From positions 5,568,001 through 5,632,000 of the forward strand of contig OZ245838.1 in the NCBI GenBank assembly GCA_965228735.1: a stretch of DNA of 64,000 nt. Direction: 5' to 3'. Position 1 is the stretch's first letter. Each line of letters starts with the position of its first letter. The notes beneath the pieces were generated by a model. That model made no database searches, was not told where the DNA came from, and saw only the letters and a list, made by a program, of their open reading frames with translations. Position numbers and translations under genes: made by a program. Source of the stretch: Planctomycetota bacterium (GTDB lineage: Bacteria > Planctomycetota > UBA1135 > UBA2386). Shown here one piece after another: positions 56,832 to 64,000 of the stretch.

Positions 56832-57518
56832 GTGCTCGAAACCCTCCCTCGCGCTCCCGTTCCGGCCACGCCGATCCCTCGCAGCACGCCGTTCGCGGCG
56901 TTGCGATACCACAACCACCTCGCGAAGGCAGCGGACTCGGCATTCGCGGGCATTGCGGAGCTCGCCGGTCGCGACTCGGGTGCAACGATCGCGATCGTCG
57001 TCCTCGATCGGAACGGCGAGGATCGCACCGCTGCGGTTCATGGTTGTGATCCCGACATGGTGCCGCCCGTCTGGTCCGACGGCGCTGCCGACGACTTCCG
57101 CGCGGCGATCACCGATGCGCAACCCGGCCGGGCGGTCCGGTTCCGCATCGCGATGCCGATCGTGGACGTCGATGGCGAGAGCCTCGGCACGCTGCGCCTC
57201 TACTGGGTGGTCGCCGACGAGTCGGTGCAGTTGAACGCGGACCAGGAACGGCGGCTGGAGCTGCTCGTCGCGCAAGCCTCGCACCTCGCGCAGCAGCAGC
57301 ACACTGCCGCGCTGCTCGCCGCCGGTCTCGAGCGCCTGCGCCGCGCCGACGACCTCGTGCCGATGTGCAGCCACTGCCACGACGTCCGCAACGACGACGA
57401 CCAGTGGGTGCGCGTCGAGCGCTATCTCGGTCAGATCAGCGGTGCCCGCGTTTCACACGGGATCTGCCCGGAGTGCTTTCTCGAGCACTATCCGACCGTC
57501 GCGGCCGACGGCGCCTGA
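56832..57518 (+). CDS. GAF-like protein with C-terminal Cys/His putative zinc-binding signalling domain
   Basis: Degenerate GAF (MPIVDVDGESLGTL), then PMCSHCHDVR.DD..W..VE.Y......VSHGICPEC, a motif often found at the end of signalling proteins. Start is uncertain. Confidence 0.7.
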   Translation: MLETLPRAPVPATPIPRSTPFAALRYHNHLAKAADSAFAGIAELAGRDSGATIAIVVLDRNGEDRTAAVHGCDPDMVPPVWSDGAADDFRAAITDAQPGRAVRFRIAMPIVDVDGESLGTLRLYWVVADESVQLNADQERRLELLVAQASHLAQQQHTAALLAAGLERLRRADDLVPMCSHCHDVRNDDDQWVRVERYLGQISGARVSHGICPECFLEHYPTVAADGA

Positions 57519-57561
57519 ATCCGGGATCAGCCCAACGCGGGGGGCAGCGCAGCAAGGGGGA

Positions 57562-58518
57562 TCAACGCAGCGAGAGCCAGAGGCGCTGCAGCTGGCGCAC
57601 GTTCCCCGGCGCGTCGACGTAGCTCGTGCGGTTGTGCGCGAGCGTGCGGTTGTTCACGAACATCGCATCGCCACGCTCGAGCCGGAAGCGGATCACGTTC
57701 TCCGGCCGCGCCAGCAGCTCGTCCAGCAGGTCGAACGCGCGGCGCTCGTCCACCGTCAGGGGGTTGCCGGCCTTCTCCTGACCGCGCTCGATCCAGTAGC
57801 GCATGTAGCGGAACAGCACGCCGCCCGTGCGATCACAGCGCGCGAAGACGGGGAAGCGGTTGCGCAGCAGCGCCGCGTGGGTCTTCTCGATGCCCGGCGT
57901 GACGACGTCGCGGATCCATGGGCGGGAGAGGATCTCGAGGGCCCACGGCGCTTCCTGCTGCAGCGTGTCGAACACGCGCAGCGCGTTGCTCACGAGGCTG
58001 TCGCCGCCGCTCGTGCTCGGCTGTTCGCAGAGCAGCCCGACGACGTCCGGGACGGCGTCGACCGAGCTGCTGTCCGTGTGATACGCGGTCTCCGCGTTCG
58101 TCATCGAGACCGGCACGGCCTCCTTCGTGTACGACTTGCCGCGATCGACGACCGGGTAGAGCCGGCCGTACTGCAGCATCGGGTCTCCGATCGCGCATCC
58201 GATCGCGAGGTAGAGACACCTTTGCTGTTCCGCGCTCAGGCCGAGGTTGCCGAGGCCGCGCAGCTGGCACAGCCCGTAGCCGTGCTCGAGCTGGTCGCGC
58301 AGCCGGTCGCCGAACGCGGCGAGGTGCGGCAAGACCGCTGCGTCCCATTCGAACGTGTCCGCCGTGAGTTCGGGGTGCTGCGCCAGGTAGGCGATGAACT
58401 CGTCCGCGACGATCACCGGCAGCTGCCGGCGCCAGCTGCCCAACGTCGACGTCGTCCATCGTCCGGGGGCGGTAGCGGGAGCCAGCGCGGGGGCACTGAC
58501 GGGGGTGATCGTCGTCAT
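57562..58518 (-). CDS. TauD/TfdA (clavaminate-synthase-like) Fe(II)/2-oxoglutarate dioxygenase
   Basis: HTD facial-triad start, D.VGLLC, GG.S.V, L..GD..FVNN...AHNR, R.L.RLW. Confidence 0.9.
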   Translation of the reverse strand: MTTITPVSAPALAPATAPGRWTTSTLGSWRRQLPVIVADEFIAYLAQHPELTADTFEWDAAVLPHLAAFGDRLRDQLEHGYGLCQLRGLGNLGLSAEQQRCLYLAIGCAIGDPMLQYGRLYPVVDRGKSYTKEAVPVSMTNAETAYHTDSSSVDAVPDVVGLLCEQPSTSGGDSLVSNALRVFDTLQQEAPWALEILSRPWIRDVVTPGIEKTHAALLRNRFPVFARCDRTGGVLFRYMRYWIERGQEKAGNPLTVDERRAFDLLDELLARPENVIRFRLERGDAMFVNNRTLAHNRTSYVDAPGNVRQLQRLWLSLR

Positions 58519-58563
58519 GGCGGCCTCGAAGGGAGAAGGGGAGAAGGGGGGCTGTTCCGGCGG

Positions 58564-59322
58564 TTACTTCGTCAGTTGGAACGCGAGGTGCAGGGGCTTG
58601 TCGCGCAGCGGCCCGAACCAGTCGGGATCGAGCTCCAGGTGCTCTTCCGTCACGTGCAGTTCCGCGACCAGCGGCATCCGGTCGAACCCGCCGTCGGCGA
58701 GCCCGGACATGTAGTCCTCGACCGTCTTGTGGACGCTGCGGACGCGCACGCTCTTGCCGTCGCGGCGCCAGATCTCGCCCTCGAACTGCACGTCGCGGCC
58801 GGAGTAGTAGCCGCGCTGCTGCGCGTCGAAGTAGAACGGCGCCGTCTTCTGCCCGAGGAAGGCGAGCGAGGGGTGCGGCACCGCGAACACGAAACGCCCG
58901 CCCGGCCGCAGCACGCGGTGGACCTCGGCCATCGTGTGGCGCGTCTGCTCGAGCGACAGGTAGTTGAACAGGAACACCGCGACGACGAGGTCGAACGATT
59001 CGGCGCCGAAGCTGTCGAGGTTGCTCGCGTCGCCGGCGACGTACTCGATGCCGAGCTGTTCGCGGCTCTCGCGCTGCTTGGCCGCTGCGATCATCTCGGT
59101 CGACACGTCGACACCGAGGATGGTGCGCGCGCCGCGCTGCTTGAGCTTGCGGGCGAAGTAGCCTTCACCGCAACCGAGGTCGAGCACGTCCTGACTCTCG
59201 ACCGGCGTGCACCAGTCGAGCAGGAACGGCCGCGCCGTGTAGTCCGACAGCAGCACCGGCTCGGTGCGCTGCCAGTCCCCGCTGGCGCCGTCGTAGATCT
59301 CCTTGGTCGTGGCCATGATCAT
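58564..59322 (-). CDS. Class I SAM-dependent methyltransferase (possibly DsyG/DSYE-like)
   Basis: ATG 59322 overlaps the upstream TGA; VLDLGCGEG, GVDVS.EMI, GDA, FDLVVAVFLFNYL, LRPGGRFVF. Confidence 0.88.
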   Translation of the reverse strand: MIMATTKEIYDGASGDWQRTEPVLLSDYTARPFLLDWCTPVESQDVLDLGCGEGYFARKLKQRGARTILGVDVSTEMIAAAKQRESREQLGIEYVAGDASNLDSFGAESFDLVVAVFLFNYLSLEQTRHTMAEVHRVLRPGGRFVFAVPHPSLAFLGQKTAPFYFDAQQRGYYSGRDVQFEGEIWRRDGKSVRVRSVHKTVEDYMSGLADGGFDRMPLVAELHVTEEHLELDPDWFGPLRDKPLHLAFQLTK

Positions 59323-60143
59323 GCGATCCGTGCCTTCCGCGGCATCGAGGAGCGCGCGCCATCGAGCTTGAAGTAGATGCGATCCCAGAACTCGCAGCGC
59401 AGCTCGAGCGCCTTGAGCATGCCGTTGCGCAGCTCGGCGAGGCCGCCCGGCTCCTTCGCCAGGTCCTTCGCGATCGCCAGCAGGTCCTGCTGGTGCTGAT
59501 CGTCGACGAGGCAGTGCAGCTCGAAGAACACGTAGTCCTCGCGGGCCAGCTCGCCGCACTGGCGAATGCCCTTCAGCAGCTGCTGGTAGACCGGCTTCAC
59601 GATGTGCTCGGTGCCGAGCCCGAGCGCGCCGACGGCTTCGGCGGGAGTCGCGGTGCTGAGGAACTCGAGGAACGAGCTGCGCCACTTCTTCGCCGCTTCC
59701 GTCGGTCGCGCCAGGGTCCGGTCCGTCACGCCGATCGCGTGGCAGAAGCGGCGGAAGAGCACGGGGTGCGGAATACCCATCACCGATTCCGGATCGATTC
59801 CGACCTCGCGCAGCTCCGCGCTCTCCTCCTCGTCGAGGTGACCCTTCTCCTCCTCGAGGTTCTTCAGCAGCAGCAGCCGGTGGTCCTTTCGATCCAGGCG
59901 ACGAATCACCATGCGGAGGTAGTTGGGGAACCACGCGGCGTAGCCGCTGTACTCGTGGGCGTACTGCTGGAGCACGCGAACCGGATCCATGAAGTCGACC
60001 TGGGCGAACGACTTCAGGTACGGATGATGAACGGCCGGGTGCTCGAGCGACTCGCGAACGAGGTCGTCGATCTGACGGTCGAGGTCGGCGGAACGGGCCG
60101 AGCGGGTCGTGGCTGCGGCGTTGAGGGGTTGCAGGCTGGTCAT
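59319..60143 (-). CDS. Heme-oxygenase-like diiron oxidase (PqqC/CADD/TenA superfamily, 'iron-containing redox enzyme')
   Basis: HP, F..YL, NLEEEKG...H, ALGLGTE and FFELHCLVDDQH supply an E,H,E,H,D,H diiron ligand set as in CADD; ends R..FWD. Confidence 0.85.
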   Translation of the reverse strand: MTSLQPLNAAATTRSARSADLDRQIDDLVRESLEHPAVHHPYLKSFAQVDFMDPVRVLQQYAHEYSGYAAWFPNYLRMVIRRLDRKDHRLLLLKNLEEEKGHLDEEESAELREVGIDPESVMGIPHPVLFRRFCHAIGVTDRTLARPTEAAKKWRSSFLEFLSTATPAEAVGALGLGTEHIVKPVYQQLLKGIRQCGELAREDYVFFELHCLVDDQHQQDLLAIAKDLAKEPGGLAELRNGMLKALELRCEFWDRIYFKLDGARSSMPRKARIA

Positions 60144-60333
60144 TGCGCTTCGGATGCGTGACGTGTGCTGGTTGGGAGGGCGGATCGAGGACTCGACCCG
60201 CGTCACGAAGAGCTACGTTCCCCCCTTAAGAGCGGGGCTTCGTCACGCCCCGATCCGGAGCCGCAAGTCGCTTGCTGGAAACGGTCTGCACCAATCTCAG
60301 ACTTTTTCCGATATTCGAAGAGGTGGACCCCGA

Positions 60334-62922
60334 ATGGACCTCGAACAGACCCCTTCCGTGACTCCGACGGACCGTCCGCCACGGCGCGCCGCGCTCGTCG
60401 GCGCGGCCGGGCTCGCGGTCGCGTTCGCGGCGATGCTCGTGGGGATTACGGCGGTGCCTCCGGTGTCGCCGGATCTGGCGCCGGGGCCCGATGAGCCGGC
60501 GGGTCCGGACGCGGCCGCGATCGAGCGGTCTGCCGTGCCGGGGGCGGTGGACCGGGTTGCCGCGGACCGGAGTCCGGCACGGCGGGTGACCGGGCGGTGC
60601 GTGGCATGGACGTCCGGCGAACCCCTCTCCGGATGCGCCGTGACCCTGTCCGTCGAAGGGGCCGACGCCGAAGTCCATGCCGCCGCGGACGGGCGGTTCG
60701 AGTTCGTGCTGCGCCGCGATCTGGGCGTGTCCGTCAGGGCGGGCGCGGCGCTGCGGGTCGAAGTGCGACGCCACGATCGGGTCATGGTCGCCCGTACCGT
60801 CGAACTCACGGCCGGGTCCGTCGGCGCGGGGCAGCGGGATGCTGTCGTCGCGCTCGGCGACGTCCGGCTGCGCCGCGGCACGCGCGTGGTCGGCGCGGTC
60901 GTCGACGCGAACGGCGTGCCACGAGACGGCGCCCTCGTGCACCTGCGCGGGCGGTCCATCGACCGCGCCGATGGCTGGCAGGAACGTCGCAGCGGGCGGG
61001 CGCGCTCCGGGTTCGATGGCGCATTCGAACTGCCGGCGGCGCTGCCCGCGGGCACCGCCGTGGTCACGGTCACGAACGCGGCGCCGCTCGTCAGCGGGGT
61101 GACCCAGGCACTGCACGGCAGCGTGCACCACTGCGAACTCGTCGTCGCCGCGAGCCGGTCCGTCGATCAGATCGAGGGAGTCGTGTTCGACGCGGTCGGT
61201 GCACCGGTTCCGGACGCGATCGTCGTCGCGCGAACCGCGCGGCCGGGTGCGGCGGGCGGAGCGGCGAGCGCGACGTCGACGACGGACGGTGCGGGCCGAT
61301 TCCGTCTCGTTCGCCCCCCGCTCGCGGATGTCGAGGGGGCAGTGCAGCTCGAGGTGCTCGGGCGCGACGCTTCGCAGCACAGTCGCGACGAGGTGACGAC
61401 CCGCTGGGGCGACCACGACGCCGTCGTGCGCCTCGCCGCCGGCCGCGGGCCCGGCAACGCGCTGCGGGTCGTCGATGCCGAAACCGGGTCGCCGATCGCC
61501 AACTACCGCGTGCAATGCGTGCCGCTCACGGGGCTGCGTTCGGCCGGAGCCGGCGCGATGCGCGACGTCGCACCGGCCGCCGGACGGGCCGGCCGCGCCG
61601 GCGGGAGCGTGGGCGATGGTTGGACCTGGCTCGCGCCGGTGCGCCGCGGGCCCAACGCGGTGATCGTGTGGCCCGACGATCCGCGGTGGCTGCCGAACCT
61701 GCCCGTCGTCTTCGAACACGACGTCGCCGCGGGGCCGTGGGTCGTCGCGCTCGAGCGCGCCGAAGCGTGCCGGGTACGGGTGCTCGCCGGCGGCTTGCCG
61801 GTCACGGGGGCCGAACTCACGCTCGTGCGGCCGGCCTCCGGCGCCCGGCTCGATCGCACGCACCGCGACCTGCTCGCGCAGGGTGGGATCCGCGGCGCGG
61901 TCAACGTCGAGCTCGCGACGGCGACGACCGACGAGGACGGGCTGGCGACGCTGCGCTGGTTTCACGACGAGGCGGCGCTCGAACTGCGCGTGGCCGGTGC
62001 GGGCATCACAGCACACGCCGTCTCGGGTGTGCGGCTCGGGCCGCGAGTGCTCACCGTCACGGTCGAGCGCGCAGCTCGGCTCGAGGTCCGGCAGGCGACC
62101 GTTGCAGCAGTGCGAGCCGTGCGCGTCGTGCTGCGTCGGAGCGATGGTGCGCTGGCCGCGCCGGAGCCATGGCAGCGCGCGTGGCGCGTCGAGCCGGGCA
62201 AGGCCGCGACGTTCGCCGCGCCGGCGGGCGAGTTCGACGTGCACGTCGCGGTCCCGATGCGCGGTGACGATCGCCGGGACGGCGCGTTCCACGAGGTGCC
62301 GGTTCCCGTTGCCCGCGTCGATCTCGCGGCCGGGGCGACGCGGTCGTTGACGCTCGATCTCGACGAACTGTTGCGACCGGCCGAACTCGTCGGGACCGCG
62401 TTCGTCGACGGTGAACCTGCCGACCACGTCGTACTCATGGCCGGCGCGCCGGACGGTCACGGCCGCGTGCGCGCGCAGCGTTCGCTCGACGGCGGCACGG
62501 ATGAGCGCGGCTGGTATCGCTTCGAGGGCCTGCCCCCGGGCCACTACGCGATCGAGTTGCGGGTCCTGATCGGCGGCCGGCAGGTCGCGGTGCCGATCGA
62601 GCGCGGGGTGTGGCGGTGGCTTCCGGGTGGCCGGACGCACCGGCACGCGCCGATCGACGTGCGGACCGCAGCGGTGGACGCCGTGGTGCGGGACCGTGCG
62701 GGCGAGCCCGTGCGGCGGCAGTTCGTGGAGCTGCGTTCGGCGAGCGGCGTCGCGATCCTCGGTGAGCTCGATGGCAACGGCCGTCTGCAGCTCGCCGGCG
62801 TGCCCGTCGGTCGCTACCGCGCGCGATTGCGATCGCTCGACCCGGACGCCCCGATCGTGCCGCTCACCGAGCTGGTCGTGCCCACCCAACCCGGGGCCGC
62901 GCTCGAGCTGCGAGCACGCTGA
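60334..62922 (+). CDS. Membrane-anchored protein with tandem carboxypeptidase-regulatory-like domains
   Basis: GAGG RBS before ATG 60334; TM, Pro/Ala linker and repeated G.V.D..G.P / TD..G.F units. Confidence 0.75.
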   Translation: MDLEQTPSVTPTDRPPRRAALVGAAGLAVAFAAMLVGITAVPPVSPDLAPGPDEPAGPDAAAIERSAVPGAVDRVAADRSPARRVTGRCVAWTSGEPLSGCAVTLSVEGADAEVHAAADGRFEFVLRRDLGVSVRAGAALRVEVRRHDRVMVARTVELTAGSVGAGQRDAVVALGDVRLRRGTRVVGAVVDANGVPRDGALVHLRGRSIDRADGWQERRSGRARSGFDGAFELPAALPAGTAVVTVTNAAPLVSGVTQALHGSVHHCELVVAASRSVDQIEGVVFDAVGAPVPDAIVVARTARPGAAGGAASATSTTDGAGRFRLVRPPLADVEGAVQLEVLGRDASQHSRDEVTTRWGDHDAVVRLAAGRGPGNALRVVDAETGSPIANYRVQCVPLTGLRSAGAGAMRDVAPAAGRAGRAGGSVGDGWTWLAPVRRGPNAVIVWPDDPRWLPNLPVVFEHDVAAGPWVVALERAEACRVRVLAGGLPVTGAELTLVRPASGARLDRTHRDLLAQGGIRGAVNVELATATTDEDGLATLRWFHDEAALELRVAGAGITAHAVSGVRLGPRVLTVTVERAARLEVRQATVAAVRAVRVVLRRSDGALAAPEPWQRAWRVEPGKAATFAAPAGEFDVHVAVPMRGDDRRDGAFHEVPVPVARVDLAAGATRSLTLDLDELLRPAELVGTAFVDGEPADHVVLMAGAPDGHGRVRAQRSLDGGTDERGWYRFEGLPPGHYAIELRVLIGGRQVAVPIERGVWRWLPGGRTHRHAPIDVRTAAVDAVVRDRAGEPVRRQFVELRSASGVAILGELDGNGRLQLAGVPVGRYRARLRSLDPDAPIVPLTELVVPTQPGAALELRAR

Positions 62923-63176
62923 AGACCGGCAGCGCTCTCCCGCCCGGGCGACTCGTCCGTCAGGGAGATTCCCGACCGGCTTGATCCCTGGTCGAAGAAT
63001 TCGACACCCGTGAGACAGCGGCGGACCGCCCCATGGGGTCGCGGGATCCGCACGCCGGTTCGTTGCCAGGGGCACCAGATCGAGCCTCGATCGGCCGGGT
63101 TCTCGGTCAACCGTTCGATATCGCAGCACATCGCGGGACGGGACCCGCGGGGAATCAGAACGGGAGACGAGTGCGC

Positions 63177-63533
63177 ATGGCGATCCAGACCTACCTGGCT
63201 ACGACGTTGGCTGCCGCGCTGCTGGTGGCAGCGCCGATCGATGACATGACGGGGGGGCCCGCGGGGAACCCGTCGATGGCGGTGAATCCGGACCCGCTGA
63301 CGGCCGGCGGTTCCGCGACGGTGACCTACTCGGACCCGAGCCAGGCGAACCAGTCGATCGTCGTCGACATCGATAACGGCATGCAGCGGGGCACGCAGAC
63401 ATCGACGCTAGTCATCGAACTCGATGAGCACGGTGAAGGCAGCGCAGTCTGGGAAGTGCCGACAACTTGGTTCCTGGCCAACTTCAACGCGCCCAACGTT
63501 GCGGAGATCGGTTGCATGATCTCGCACAACTAG
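63177..63533 (+). CDS. Small secreted hypothetical protein
   Basis: GGAG RBS; signal MAIQTYLATTLAAALLVAA; beta-rich mature part. Confidence 0.65.
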   Translation: MAIQTYLATTLAAALLVAAPIDDMTGGPAGNPSMAVNPDPLTAGGSATVTYSDPSQANQSIVVDIDNGMQRGTQTSTLVIELDEHGEGSAVWEVPTTWFLANFNAPNVAEIGCMISHN

Positions 63534-63549
63534 ACGCCGGCTGCTTGGC

Positions 63550-63999
63550 CTATTCGCCGAGCAGCTGCGTGATGTTGTCGAGCGCGATTACCGCGTTGCC
63601 GCGGATCGCGTCGCTCGCGTCGTCGGTGCGCGAAGCGTGCAGCGCTTGCACGCCGTGGTGCATCTGAGCCGAGAGTTGGCGCAACGCATCGAGTCGCGAT
63701 TCGGCGTCCAGCGCCTGGTCGAGCACCAGATCGCCGAGATACGAGTGCATGTCGGGGAAGTCCGTCGGGCTGAACGGTGACGGGCTCGCGACTTCGACCC
63801 GCAGTTCGTCGAGCGCGCGCTGCGCGGCACGCCCCACGCGGTTCGCCTCTGGCGCGACGGTACGCAGCGCCAAGATCGAGCCGATCAGATCGCCAGTGAT
63901 CCGGCGTTGTGCCGTGTTCCGGTCTACCTCAGGACTATCGGCGTCCATGAGGATGTCGACGGCATCCTGATACGGCAGCGTGAACGTCGAGTAGCGAAT
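63550..63999 (-). CDS. Hypothetical protein (3' part; frame is open to the window edge)
   Basis: The frame of ORF 63550..63948 continues without a stop to the window end (IRYSTFTLPYQDAVDILMDADSP...). Confidence 0.55.
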   Translation of the reverse strand: MRYSTFTLPYQDAVDILMDADSPEVDRNTAQRRITGDLIGSILALRTVAPEANRVGRAAQRALDELRVEVASPSPFSPTDFPDMHSYLGDLVLDQALDAESRLDALRQLSAQMHHGVQALHASRTDDASDAIRGNAVIALDNITQLLGE

Positions 64000-64000
64000 A

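Noticed and set aside
59319..60143. Calling the diiron protein pqqC or a folate-pathway CADD
   Set aside because: No pqqABDE or folate genes are nearby, and the neighbours are tailoring enzymes. Only the superfamily is supported.

Overview
High-GC bacterial chromosomal window, densely coding, with about 50 genes. I recognised no rRNA, tRNA, CRISPR array or mobile element. The gene repertoire suggests a Planctomycetota genome (inference): an ECF sigma factor paired with a Ser/Thr kinase, an ECF fused to carboxypeptidase-regulatory-like repeats, and many secreted paralogs with a shared C-terminal module. Housekeeping and catabolic genes include hutF-hutG, phhB, tpm, tsaA/trmO, an HDAC-family enzyme, a Dus, and S41, S66, S8 and M64 peptidases. 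Highlights: (1) a three-gene operon of a heme-oxygenase-like diiron enzyme, a SAM methyltransferase and a TauD-type dioxygenase, which looks like an undescribed small-molecule pathway, possibly sulfonium/DMSP-related; (2) a hidden UxxC glutaredoxin-like selenoprotein with an in-frame TGA and a SECIS-like hairpin, truncated in the ORF track; (3) a cassette of sigma54 activator, VIT-vWA protein with a GlyGly-CTERM tail, and rhombosortase; (4) a conserved C-terminal domain on six unrelated secreted proteins, a candidate lineage-specific sorting signal; (5) a bacterial Dus with eukaryotic Dus3-like motifs; (6) repeated -10-like hexamers exactly 6 nt before start codons, suggesting leaderless mRNAs. 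All family calls come from reading motifs by eye; no searches were run.
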